Assembly (NCBI GenBank): GCA_028713575.1
Contig: JAQTOB010000005.1
Coordinates: forward strand, 26,978-58,977
DNA from: Patescibacteria group bacterium
GTDB taxonomy: Bacteria > Patescibacteriota > Patescibacteriia > UBA2591 > UBA6264
Direction of reading: 5' to 3'
DNA: 32,000 bases
A program made the translations under genes and the position numbers. Under the pieces are notes generated by a model that was not told the origin of the DNA, did no database searches, and saw only the letters and a list, made by a program, of their open reading frames with translations. Below are positions 1 through 8,759 of this stretch, one piece after another (positions within the stretch are counted from its first letter, which is position 1; every line of letters begins with the position of its first letter).

Positions 1-1174
1 TATTTAAAAATTCGGAAAAATCTTCCGGTGTAATTTGAAATTCCTTTTCCGGTGAATTCTTCTGTAAAACCAATAATTGATTTATTAACCATTTATTTAT
101 CAATTTTTTTGTTTTGGCTGATATTTCTTTTTTTGAACATCCAATTTCTTTTAAAAACTCATTAAGTTTAAAAATAACACGCTTGCTATAAACGCCCGTC
201 GGTTCAGTCTGGGCTAAAATTTTCGCCTGACCAGCGTCAAATCCGCATTCTTCCATAAAATATTTTCTTTTTTGAAAAGGCAATTCCGGCAAATTATTTT
301 TTAAAAAATCAATGTCAATTCCCTGCTCTTTAAAAAAATTTACATCAATCAAGGGCAAATCTGGCTCAGGAAAATAACGATAATCATTTTCTTCTTCCTT
401 GCTCCTCTGTTTAAAAGTTAGTTCCCTGTTTTCATCCCAGCCTTTAGTTATCTGATGCTTTGGCGGATTGTTCTTATTCCAAGATTCTTTTTGTTGCTTA
501 ATTTCATAATTCAAAGCATTTTCCACCGCCCTAAAAGAATTAAGATTCTTGATTTCAATTTTAGGATAAAAATTTTTATCGCCCTTTGGTCTTAAAGAAA
601 TATTGCTATCACAGCGCAATTGCCCCTTTTCCATGTCAGCGTCGGAAATGCCCAAACATCTGACAATTCTTTGCAATTCTTCAAGAAAAACTTTTGCTTG
701 ATTTGGGCTTTTGATTTCCGGCCGGGTAACGATTTCCACTAAAGGCACGCCCGCCCGGTTGAAATCAAGCAAACTTAAATCATTAAAATGAAAAATTTTA
801 GCCGTGTCTTCTTCCAGATGAATTCTTTCTAAATTAATAATTCCCTCTTCTGTTTGTACTCTTCCTCCACTAACCAAAGGTAATTGATATTGGCTAATCT
901 GATAACCTTTGGGTAAATCCGGATAAAAATAGTTTTTGCGTTCAAAAAAAGAATTTTCATTAATTTTGCCATTCAGAGCCAATCCTAACTTAAGGGCTTT
1001 AATAACCGCTTCTTTATTGAGGGTCGGTAAAACGCCGGGATGACCTAAGCAAACCGGACAAACATTAACATTCGGTTCATCGGCTTCCTTGTTTGAACAA
1101 GCGCAAAAAAACTTTGATTTAGTGTTAAGTTCAAGATGAACCTCAAGTCCAATTATTGATTCTAAATTTAACAT
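1..1174 (-). CDS. gatB: Asp/Glu-tRNA(Asn/Gln) amidotransferase subunit B, partial (C-terminus cut by the window edge)
   Basis: Not in the ORF track because it runs off the window edge. My reverse-strand translation from the ATG at 1174 reads MLNLESIIGLEVHLELNTKSKFFCACS...VCPVCLGHPGVLP...NYFYPDLPKGYQISQ...ERIHLEEDTAK...NRAGVPLVEIVT...RCDSNISLR...EIKNLNSFRAVENAL..YRYFPEPDLP. These are hallmark GatB motifs, and the frame stays open to position 1. Confidence 0.9.
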   Translation of the reverse strand, partial: MLNLESIIGLEVHLELNTKSKFFCACSNKEADEPNVNVCPVCLGHPGVLPTLNKEAVIKALKLGLALNGKINENSFFERKNYFYPDLPKGYQISQYQLPLVSGGRVQTEEGIINLERIHLEEDTAKIFHFNDLSLLDFNRAGVPLVEIVTRPEIKSPNQAKVFLEELQRIVRCLGISDADMEKGQLRCDSNISLRPKGDKNFYPKIEIKNLNSFRAVENALNYEIKQQKESWNKNNPPKHQITKGWDENRELTFKQRSKEEENDYRYFPEPDLPLIDVNFFKEQGIDIDFLKNNLPELPFQKRKYFMEECGFDAGQAKILAQTEPTGVYSKRVIFKLNEFLKEIGCSKKEISAKTKKLINKWLINQLLVLQKNSPEKEFQITPEDFSEFLN

Positions 1175-1264
1175 AAATGAAAACAATGCTAATCTATGAA
1201 TACGTCCGAATACTACGAATTCGTTGTATTCATCTGGTTAATTCGCATTAATTCGTATCGCTAT

Positions 1265-2644
1265 TTAAAAAACATTTTTTCTTGATAAAACGACCGGTAT
1301 TGTTTTTATAATAATTTGAAAATCAAACATTAATGACCAATTTTCAATGTAATAAATATCCAATTTTGACTCTTCTTCAAACGAGAGTTTTGAACGACCG
1401 GAAATTTGGGCCAAACCGGTTATTCCCGGTTTAATGGTCAATAATTGTTTATGATTTCGTTGATATTGAGCCACCTCCTGCGGTTCATGAGGACGAGGAC
1501 CGACCAAACTCATTTCTCCTTTTAAAACATTAAATAACTGGGGCAATTCGTCAAGACTAATTCGGCGTAAAATTCTGCCAAATTTAGTAATCCGCGGATC
1601 ATTTTTCATTTTAAAAAGCGGACCGTCTTTTCTTTCGTTATACTTTAATAAATCTTTTTTCATTTGATGGGCATTATGAATCATGGAACGAAATTTATAA
1701 AGATTAAAAACTTTTCCCCTTTCTCCAATTCTATTTAACTTAACCAAAACAGTTCCCTGAGAATCAAATTTAATAATTACGGAAATAATCATAAAAAGCG
1801 GAAAAAGAATAATTAACAAAATTGAGGAAAAAAATAAGTCAAATGAACGTTTAATGATTTTCCCCCAGCCATCAAGGGCGGTTTTTTGAATAACCACGAC
1901 AGGAATACCGGCTAAAGTTTCCGTTTTTACATTACCGGAAAAAGAATTAAATATATCCGCCGTATATTTAAAAATAATTTGATGTTCATTGCAAAACTCT
2001 ATCAATTTTAAAACTTCTTCCCGCCCAATATTCGGATCAGCCTGAATTATTTGACTAACCGTTCTGGCTCTATCTGACCAGTTTTCAACTAAATCTTCAA
2101 TTGTTTTTACCCATTCTAAAACGCAATATCCTAAACCCGGATTGGACTTAAAATGATGATTTATTTCTTCCGCTGTTTGACCGGCCCCGAAAACCAAAAT
2201 CGGTTCTAATCCTTTACCGCGACGATAATATCTTAATTGTAAATAATGGATAAAAAACCGTCCCAAGGCCACAAAAATAAAAGTGATTAACCAACCGGCC
2301 AAAATAATAAAACGGGAAGAAAAATATTCCCGCTTAAAAAAAATAAAAAGAACGATTATCATTGTACCAACCGTACAGGCTAAAAAAATTTTGGATATTT
2401 CTTTGGAAAAATGTCTTTTCTCATTAAGACCGTAAAGACCAATTAAAGAAAAAATAATCAACCAAATCAAAAAAATGATTAGCAAAGAAATCAAATAATG
2501 GCTAAAATTGATTTCATAAATAGCCGGCCTTAATTCCACTAAGGCGCTAAAACGGAGATAATAAACAAAAATTCCCGCTAAAATAAGCATTAAATAATCT
2601 AAGGGAACCAATATGGCGGAAAAGATAAGGTCAAATTTTTTCAT
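1265..2644 (-). CDS. Polyprenyl-phosphate glycosylphosphotransferase (bacterial sugar transferase, WbaP/EPS-priming type)
   Basis: The N-terminal half has several hydrophobic helices. The C-terminal half carries the bacterial sugar transferase signature (FRSM...GPLFKMKNDPRITKFGRILRRISLDELPQLFNVLKGEMSLVGPRPHEP...KPGITGLAQISGRS). The track ORF extends to 2704, but the ATG at 2644 (MKKFDLIFS) is the more plausible start. Stop is TAA. Confidence 0.85.
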   Translation of the reverse strand: MKKFDLIFSAILVPLDYLMLILAGIFVYYLRFSALVELRPAIYEINFSHYLISLLIIFLIWLIIFSLIGLYGLNEKRHFSKEISKIFLACTVGTMIIVLFIFFKREYFSSRFIILAGWLITFIFVALGRFFIHYLQLRYYRRGKGLEPILVFGAGQTAEEINHHFKSNPGLGYCVLEWVKTIEDLVENWSDRARTVSQIIQADPNIGREEVLKLIEFCNEHQIIFKYTADIFNSFSGNVKTETLAGIPVVVIQKTALDGWGKIIKRSFDLFFSSILLIILFPLFMIISVIIKFDSQGTVLVKLNRIGERGKVFNLYKFRSMIHNAHQMKKDLLKYNERKDGPLFKMKNDPRITKFGRILRRISLDELPQLFNVLKGEMSLVGPRPHEPQEVAQYQRNHKQLLTIKPGITGLAQISGRSKLSFEEESKLDIYYIENWSLMFDFQIIIKTIPVVLSRKNVF

Positions 2645-2693
2645 CCCGTTAGAAATTAGATAAATTAACTCTTTTATTTTAACAAAAAAAACA

Positions 2694-2721
2694 TTGACAA
2701 TCAAGTAAAATTTGATATACT
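2694..2721 (+). promoter_or_regulatory. Sigma70-like promoter for RNase P RNA
   Basis: TTGACA (2694-2699), a 16-nt spacer, then TATACT (2716-2721). This places a transcription start about 7-11 nt downstream, at the predicted 5' end of the RNase P RNA P1 stem. Confidence 0.6.
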
Positions 2722-2731
2722 AAAATAAACT

Positions 2732-3203
2732 TGAGCAGATGTAGCGATCGCCCTAAACAAAGTTTAGGGAGGAAAGTCCGAACACTCCCTTGTTTTACAA
2801 GGAGATAAGTAGCAGGTAACGCCTGTCGCCATTTTGTCTGCGAGCGAATGCGAGTGGCTATAAAATTGAGCGTCCGCCAAAGCTTTGGCAAAGGCGGGCC
2901 CGCTTTGGTCCTTTCGGACTTCGGCGGGTACTCAATTTTGCAACTTCACTTCGCTTAGACGAAATCGGTAGAGGTGCGAACAGAGACGCATTCGGCCGAA
3001 AGGCTAAATGACCCATTGAAAAATGGGAGAGTCCTATAGTAATATAGGGGTGAAACGGCTAAACCCTTACTTGAGTGAAAGGCCAAAAAATCCTTGAATT
3101 TTAATTCAAGGAAGGTGGGCCGCTTGAGGCCAATTGCGAAATTGGTCCTAGATAAATGATCGCGCCCTTTAGGGCAACAGAATTCGGCTTACTTATCTGC
3201 TTA
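2732..3203 (+). ncRNA. rnpB: RNase P RNA, bacterial type A, enlarged (about 470 nt)
   Basis: Universally conserved P4 strands are present: GGGAGGAAAGTCCG (2767-2780) and ACAGAATTCGGCTTA (3177-3191). Further blocks are colinear with E. coli M1 RNA: GCAGGTAACGCCTG (P8), GTGCGAACAGAGACGC, GGGGTGAAACGG, and CGCTTGAGGCCAATTGCGAAATTGGTCCTAGATAAATGATCGCG. The P1 stem pairs GAGCAGAT (2733-2740) with the complementary run atctgct inside cttatctgctt (3192-3202). Confidence 0.92.
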
Positions 3204-3606
3204 AGTTAATATTTTTATTAATTACTTCATTAACAAGCTTGTCGGCTCTTTTATTTTTTTCCCGGGGAATATGGTAAAAATTAACTTTTTTAAAAGATTG
3301 AGAAAGATTCCAAATCTTTATAAACAAAACTCCTAAATTAGGATTCTTTATTTTATATCTTTGATTAAGTTGTTCAACAATCAATTGGCTGTCTGAATAA
3401 AAATCTATTTCCGTGGCTTTTAATTCTTTAGCTTTTCCCAGCCCTAAAATTAAAGCTTCATACTCGGCTTGATTATTGGTCGCCTTTTCAAAAAATTTAG
3501 AACATTCTTTAATCACATTCATTTGAGAATCATAAATAACCGCGCCACTGCCGGCTGGCCCAGGATTGCCTCTTGCTCCTCCGTCAGTGTAAATAATTAA
3601 TTTCAT
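3193..3606 (-). CDS. rnhA: Ribonuclease HI
   Basis: 137 aa. RNase H type 1 motifs are present: IYTDGGARGNPGPAG, NNQAEYEALILGL, DSQLIVEQL and EKNKRADKLVN. The last ~11 nt, including the TAA stop, overlap the 3' P1 strand of the convergent RNase P RNA. Confidence 0.9.
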   Translation of the reverse strand: MKLIIYTDGGARGNPGPAGSGAVIYDSQMNVIKECSKFFEKATNNQAEYEALILGLGKAKELKATEIDFYSDSQLIVEQLNQRYKIKNPNLGVLFIKIWNLSQSFKKVNFYHIPREKNKRADKLVNEVINKNINLSR

Positions 3607-3618
3607 ATTTATAAAAAT

Positions 3619-5331
3619 TTATTTTAAATTTCGCGCTTCAGATTTCTTAAGGTCCATAACCTTAAGTTGTAATTCTTGCTGTCCATTCCATTGATTAATT
3701 CCTAATTGAAATACAATATCAAGGTAATCGCCGGTTTTAAGTTTTTCAATTCCATCGTCAGCGTCAAAATAAATCATTTTTCGACCATTGCCTACAATAA
3801 TTCGGCAATGTCGGCCGTTTTGACCAACCATTTGCCAATTATCCAAATAAACATTCTTAACTAAAAAATTAGGCTGGTCATTGCCTTTGCCAAAAGGTTC
3901 AAATTTTTTTAATTCTTCATACAAACGCCAATTTACTTCTTTTAAATCAACCTGAGCGTCAATTTTTATTCTCGGTTTCAAGTCTTCTTCATTTAATTGT
4001 TCCTGTCCTATCTTTTCAACTTCTCTTTTAAAATTTTCAAAACTCGTTGCCTCTTTTAAAGCCAAACCAAAAGCCACGGCATGGCCGCCAAAACGAGAAA
4101 AATATTTTTTTAACGGCATCAAGGCCTGATAAATATTAAAATTGGGGATAGACCGACCTGAACCGGCTATTTCTGTTTCTTTTTGCGCTAAAATAATGGC
4201 TGGCCGAGAATATTGTTCCAAAGTTTTATTGGCGCTTAAGCCCAAGACACCCTTGGGCCAATTTTGCCCTAAAACTACTAAAATTTTTTCTTTCGGACTT
4301 GGTCCAATTTGATTTTTAATTTCTTCAAAAGTTTTTTCCACTAATTGCTGTCTTTTTTTATTAAATTCGTTTAAAGTTAGGGCCATTTTCCCCGCTTCAT
4401 CTTCATCCTGGGTTAAAATGAGATTAAAGGCCTCATCCGCATGTTTTATTCTTGAAGCCGCGTTTAAACGCGGACTAATCTGATAAGTAATGCTTGTTGT
4501 ATCTAAGTCGCCGAAACTAAGATTACTTTTTTCAATTAATGCTCTTAATCCTTTATTGCTACTTTTATTTAAAACAACTAATCCGTATTTAACTAAAGTT
4601 CTGTTTTCTCCCAATAAAGGCATGCAATCAGCAACCGTCCCAACTGCCACTAAGTCAAGAAGCCATTTTTCCGCTCCTTCGCAATTTTCTATCTGGCACC
4701 TGGAATCATGTAACAGGGCCTGAATTAATTTAAAGGCCACGCCAACGCCAGCCAAAGATTTAAAAGGATATTTTTCTCTGTCCAATTGAGGATTGATAAT
4801 GGCAAAAGCGTCGGGAATTTTTTCTGGCTGGCAATGATGGTCGGTAATAATCACATCTAAACCCGCCTGTTTAGCTAAATCAATTTCTTTGACATTGGTA
4901 ATTCCGCAATCGCAAGTAATAATTAATTTTATTTTTTTGGTTAATAATTTTTTAATTAATTTTTCGTTTAACCCATAACCTTCTGTTTCTCTGTCGGGGA
5001 TATAAGTAACTAAATTTTTTGCTCCTAATTTTTTAAAAATAAAATACAAAACAGCCGTACCCGTAATACCGTCGGCGTCGTAATCTCCGCAAATGGCTAT
5101 TTTTTCATCATTTTCAATGGCCTGATAAATTCGTTCAACTGATTTTTCCATATCCTGTAACAAAAACGGGTTATGAATATCCTGAGAATAATCAGGCATC
5201 AAAAATTCATCTATTTTTTCCTGCGTATCCAAACCGCGATTATATAACAACTGCAAAATTATCGGATTGATTTCCGGAAATTTATCTTCTAGTTTTCTTT
5301 CGTATTCAGGAGCAATGTCCCAGTTTTTCAT
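3619..5331 (-). CDS. recJ: Single-stranded-DNA-specific exonuclease RecJ
   Basis: DHH family motifs are present (GDYDADGITG, ITCDCG, IITDHH) along with the DHHA1 motif GGHAVAFG. The track ORF begins at a TTG (5349); the ATG at 5331 (MKNWDIAPEY) is preferred. Confidence 0.9.
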   Translation of the reverse strand: MKNWDIAPEYERKLEDKFPEINPIILQLLYNRGLDTQEKIDEFLMPDYSQDIHNPFLLQDMEKSVERIYQAIENDEKIAICGDYDADGITGTAVLYFIFKKLGAKNLVTYIPDRETEGYGLNEKLIKKLLTKKIKLIITCDCGITNVKEIDLAKQAGLDVIITDHHCQPEKIPDAFAIINPQLDREKYPFKSLAGVGVAFKLIQALLHDSRCQIENCEGAEKWLLDLVAVGTVADCMPLLGENRTLVKYGLVVLNKSSNKGLRALIEKSNLSFGDLDTTSITYQISPRLNAASRIKHADEAFNLILTQDEDEAGKMALTLNEFNKKRQQLVEKTFEEIKNQIGPSPKEKILVVLGQNWPKGVLGLSANKTLEQYSRPAIILAQKETEIAGSGRSIPNFNIYQALMPLKKYFSRFGGHAVAFGLALKEATSFENFKREVEKIGQEQLNEEDLKPRIKIDAQVDLKEVNWRLYEELKKFEPFGKGNDQPNFLVKNVYLDNWQMVGQNGRHCRIIVGNGRKMIYFDADDGIEKLKTGDYLDIVFQLGINQWNGQQELQLKVMDLKKSEARNLK

Positions 5332-5397
5332 AACATTAAATCCTAACAAAAAAAATTTTAGTCAAAAATCTTTCAAGTAAAAAAAATCAAAATGTGA

Positions 5398-6663
5398 TTA
5401 TTTTTTCCTGTAAATTTTCTTAAAATCAAGATATTGACGCAAAACTTTGGGAACCTTTATTGAACCGTCCTTTTGTTGATAATTTTCCAAAATCGCAATC
5501 AAAATTCGGCCAACAGCAAAGGCGGTGCCGTTTAAAGTATAAACAAATTCCAAATTTCCATCTTTATTGCGATATTTAACATTCAATCGCCGAGCTTGAA
5601 AATCAGTGCAATTGGAAGTGGAATGGGTTTCCCGATATCTATTTTGTCCCGGCATCCAGCATTCAATATCATATTTGGCAGCAGCCGGACCTCCTAAGTC
5701 GCCAGTACACATTTTAATCACCTGATAAGGAATCTTTAAAGCCTGAACCAATTCTTCTTCTCTTTGTAATAAAAATTTATGTTCTTCTTCTGATTTCTCC
5801 GGCAAACAAAAACTAAACATTTCAATTTTATCAAATTGATGGACTCTTAAAATTCCCTTAACGTCTTGTCCATAAGAACCTGCTTCGCGTCGAAAGCAGG
5901 TAGAAAAAGAAACATAGCGCTTAGGCAATTCCCCTTTTTCCAAAATCTCATTCATATGCATTGGCCCGATTGATTGTTCAGAAGTTCCAACTAAATAAAG
6001 ATTATCCTGCGTGGTTTGATAAATTTCTTCTTTTCCTCTTTCTAAATAACCCATAGATTCCATGGCTTTTGGTTTAATCATAACCGGCGGAACCATGGGC
6101 GTAAAACCATGTTTAACTAATGTTTTAAAAGTAAACTGAACCAGGGCGTATTCTAAAAACGCTAATTCATTTTTTAAATAACTGAACCGGCTTCCCGAAA
6201 CCTTGCCCGCGCGATCAATATCAAGTAAATCAAGGTCTTCTCCAATGGCTATGTGGTCTTTAATTTTAAATTTAAACTCAGAAATTTTGCCCCATTTTTT
6301 AATCACTTCATTTTCTTTATCGTTTTCCCCCACTTTAACATAAGGCAAGGCCGGATTGGGGATTTGGAGAAATAATATTTTGAACTTCTTTTCTACTTCT
6401 TCTAATAATTCATCGCTCTTTTTTATTTTTTCAATCAAATCCTTAGCCTGCTTGATTAATTCTTGTTTCCCTTCTCCTTCTAAGGGAGATATTTTTTTTG
6501 AAAATTGATTATGTTGGGATTTTAATTCTTCGTTTTCTTTAATTATCCCTCTTCTTTTTTTATCCAATCTTATAATTTCATCAATATTAATTTTAACTTG
6601 CTTATCCTCGCAGGCTTTTTTTATTTTTTCCGGATTTTGACGAAAAATTTTTATGTCAATCAT
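5398..6663 (-). CDS. serS: Serine--tRNA ligase
   Basis: 421 aa. It has an N-terminal coiled-coil arm followed by a class II core (GSRFSYL, TCFRREAGSYGQDVKGILRVHQFDKIEMF, TLNGTAFAVGR). Confidence 0.95.
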   Translation of the reverse strand: MIDIKIFRQNPEKIKKACEDKQVKINIDEIIRLDKKRRGIIKENEELKSQHNQFSKKISPLEGEGKQELIKQAKDLIEKIKKSDELLEEVEKKFKILFLQIPNPALPYVKVGENDKENEVIKKWGKISEFKFKIKDHIAIGEDLDLLDIDRAGKVSGSRFSYLKNELAFLEYALVQFTFKTLVKHGFTPMVPPVMIKPKAMESMGYLERGKEEIYQTTQDNLYLVGTSEQSIGPMHMNEILEKGELPKRYVSFSTCFRREAGSYGQDVKGILRVHQFDKIEMFSFCLPEKSEEEHKFLLQREEELVQALKIPYQVIKMCTGDLGGPAAAKYDIECWMPGQNRYRETHSTSNCTDFQARRLNVKYRNKDGNLEFVYTLNGTAFAVGRILIAILENYQQKDGSIKVPKVLRQYLDFKKIYRKK

Positions 6664-6678
6664 ATTATTTTATTGTTA

Positions 6679-8121
6679 TTATTCTTTCTTCGGCTTTAAA
6701 GTCGGGAAAAGAATAACTTCTTTAATGTTATGCGTATTGGTTAAAATGGTAACTAAGCGGTCAATTCCAATGCCTTCACCCGCGGTCGGCGGCAAACCGT
6801 ATTTAAGGGCAGTAACAAAATCCTGATCAAAGGGCTGAGCTTCTTCGTCTCCTCGTTCTAAAAGTGTCTGTTGTTCTTTAAATCTTTTTTCTTGTTCCTG
6901 CGGGTCGTTTAATTCACTGAAACCGTTACAAATTTCAAAACCAGAAATTAAAAGCTGAAATCTCTCCACGTAATTGGGTCTTTCTGGTATTTGTTTAGCT
7001 AAAGGTGAAATTTCAATTGGATGATTGATTAAAAACGTCGGATTAATAATTTTCGGTCTAACCGTTTCTTTATAAATTTCATCTATTATCTTCCCTCTAC
7101 CCCATGATTTGTCCACGGAAATTTTTAATCCTTTTGCTTTTTTAATCAAACCGCCTGTTTCTTCTTTATTAAGGTCAATGCCTGTTTGGTCCAATAAGGC
7201 CTGACGATAATCCAAAAAAGGATAGGGTGGCTTAAAATTTATTTTTTGGTCTTGATATTCAAAAATAAATTTATGAGAAATATTTTTTATTAAATAAACA
7301 AACAATTTTTCTGTTAATTTCATTAAATCGCGATAATCGGCATAAGCTTGATAAAATTCTATTTGAGTAAATTCCGGATTATGAGCCCAATCAATGCCTT
7401 CGTTACGAAAACAGCGGGCAATTTCATAAACTTTTTCCAATCCACCCACTACTAATCTTTTTAAATAAAGCTCTGGGGCAATTCTCAAATATAAATCAAT
7501 ATCCAGGGCATGATGATGAGTAATAAAAGGTCTGGCCGCGGCTCCGCCGGCTAAAGATTGTAAAATTGGAGTCTCCACTTCCAAATATCCGCGCTCATTA
7601 AAAAAGTCCCTAATTAATTTCACAATTTTGCTTCTTTTAATAAAAATTCCTTTAACTTCTTTATTAGAAAGAATATCTAAATAACGCTGGCGTAATTTTG
7701 TTTCTACGTCAACTAAACCGTGCCATTTTTCCGGCAAAGGCAAAAGAGATTTAGTTAAAAGCTTCCAATCTGAAACCTGAAGAGTTTTTTCCCCTCGCTT
7801 TGTTTTAAAAAGATTGCCTTTTACCTGCAAAAAATCACCCACATCAATGTTCTTGACAAAAAAGTCATAATTATCCTTTAAATCGTTTTTATTTAAAAAA
7901 ATCTGAAAACGACCGGTTTCATCTTCTAAATCGGCAAAACAAGCTTTGCCGTGCAACCTAATTAAAACTAGCCTCCCAGCCAAAGTGATTGTTTCATCAT
8001 TTTTAAAACTTTCTTCCGCTTGCTGACAAGTAAACGAACGTTGGGAAGAAGAGGGATAAGGATTAATTCCTTTATTTTTTATCTGTTCTAATTTTTTTAT
8101 TCTTTGAATTTCTTCATTCAT
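6679..8121 (-). CDS. lysS: Lysine--tRNA ligase, class II
   Basis: 480 aa. It has an OB-fold N-terminal region and class II motifs ([45 protein letters not shown]). It lies 15 nt upstream of serS on the same strand. Confidence 0.95.
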   Translation of the reverse strand: MNEEIQRIKKLEQIKNKGINPYPSSSQRSFTCQQAEESFKNDETITLAGRLVLIRLHGKACFADLEDETGRFQIFLNKNDLKDNYDFFVKNIDVGDFLQVKGNLFKTKRGEKTLQVSDWKLLTKSLLPLPEKWHGLVDVETKLRQRYLDILSNKEVKGIFIKRSKIVKLIRDFFNERGYLEVETPILQSLAGGAAARPFITHHHALDIDLYLRIAPELYLKRLVVGGLEKVYEIARCFRNEGIDWAHNPEFTQIEFYQAYADYRDLMKLTEKLFVYLIKNISHKFIFEYQDQKINFKPPYPFLDYRQALLDQTGIDLNKEETGGLIKKAKGLKISVDKSWGRGKIIDEIYKETVRPKIINPTFLINHPIEISPLAKQIPERPNYVERFQLLISGFEICNGFSELNDPQEQEKRFKEQQTLLERGDEEAQPFDQDFVTALKYGLPPTAGEGIGIDRLVTILTNTHNIKEVILFPTLKPKKE

Positions 8122-8140
8122 ATTAACATTTTAACAATTT

Positions 8141-8173
8141 AAAAATAAAAAACAAGGTTCCAAAACCCTGTTT
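8141..8173 (-). terminator. Rho-independent terminator downstream of greA
   Basis: On the minus strand, AACAGGGTT-TTGG-AACCTTGTT forms a hairpin (8151-8172) followed by TTTTTTATTTTT. The plus strand also shows a hairpin followed by TTTT, so the element may work in both directions. Confidence 0.6.
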
Positions 8174-8191
8174 TAAGAGACTTTTACTAAT

Positions 8192-8644
8192 TTACTCAAT
8201 AGCAATAATCAAAGCGTCAATTGAACCTTTAGGGGTCATAATCTTCACTTTTTCATTAATTTTTTTGTTTATTAAAGCTTGTCCTAAGGGGGATTGATAA
8301 GAAATCAAACCCTGAAAAGGGTCAGATTCTTCACTGCCCACTAAAGTATAAATTTTTATTTCTTGTTCTGTTTTAATCTTAACCTTTGAACCAATAACAA
8401 CTTGGTCCTTATTCAAAGGGGTTTTTACTGTTTCTGCCGTTCTTAATAAAGTTTCCAATCTGTTAATTTCGCTTTCTGTCCATGCCAATTCTTCTTTGGC
8501 CGTGGTATATTCCGCATTTTCACTCAAATCTCCCAATTCTTTAGCAAATTTAATCCTTTCCGCAATTTGCGGTCTTTTTTCTTTAAGTTCTTGTAATTGT
8601 TTTTCTATTTTTTTTTGTCCATCAAAAGTTATAAATTCCGTCAT
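8192..8644 (-). CDS. greA: Transcription elongation factor GreA
   Basis: It has an N-terminal coiled-coil with GDLSENAEY and a C-terminal FKBP-like domain (SPLGQALI). The ATG at 8644 (MTEFITFDG) is preferred over the track's TTG start at 8653. Confidence 0.9.
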   Translation of the reverse strand: MTEFITFDGQKKIEKQLQELKEKRPQIAERIKFAKELGDLSENAEYTTAKEELAWTESEINRLETLLRTAETVKTPLNKDQVVIGSKVKIKTEQEIKIYTLVGSEESDPFQGLISYQSPLGQALINKKINEKVKIMTPKGSIDALIIAIE

Positions 8645-8712
8645 ATAAATCAATAAACAAACAGAGCCAATGTATTAAAATTTGCTCTTTAAAATTAATA
8701 AATTATATTTTA

Positions 8713-8740
8713 AGTATACGAAATTATAAAAACCTGTCAA
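8713..8740 (-). promoter_or_regulatory. Sigma70-like promoter for greA
   Basis: On the minus strand: TTGACA (reverse complement of 8735-8740), a 16-nt spacer, then TATACT (reverse complement of 8713-8718). The architecture matches the rnpB promoter. Confidence 0.55.
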
Positions 8741-8759
8741 GAAAAATCTGTGGATAAAT

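Noticed and set aside
2679-2891. 70-aa minus-strand ORF in the track
   Set aside because: It lies antisense within the 5' half of the confidently identified RNase P RNA and its promoter. It has no recognisable protein features, and its composition is driven by the structured RNA.
8749-8757. A perfect DnaA-box 9-mer (TGTGGATAA, the reverse complement of TTATCCACA) just upstream of the greA promoter -35
   Set aside because: I found only this one copy. A single 9-mer match in 64 kb of two-strand sequence is near chance expectation, and there is no cluster or AT-rich unwinding element nearby.
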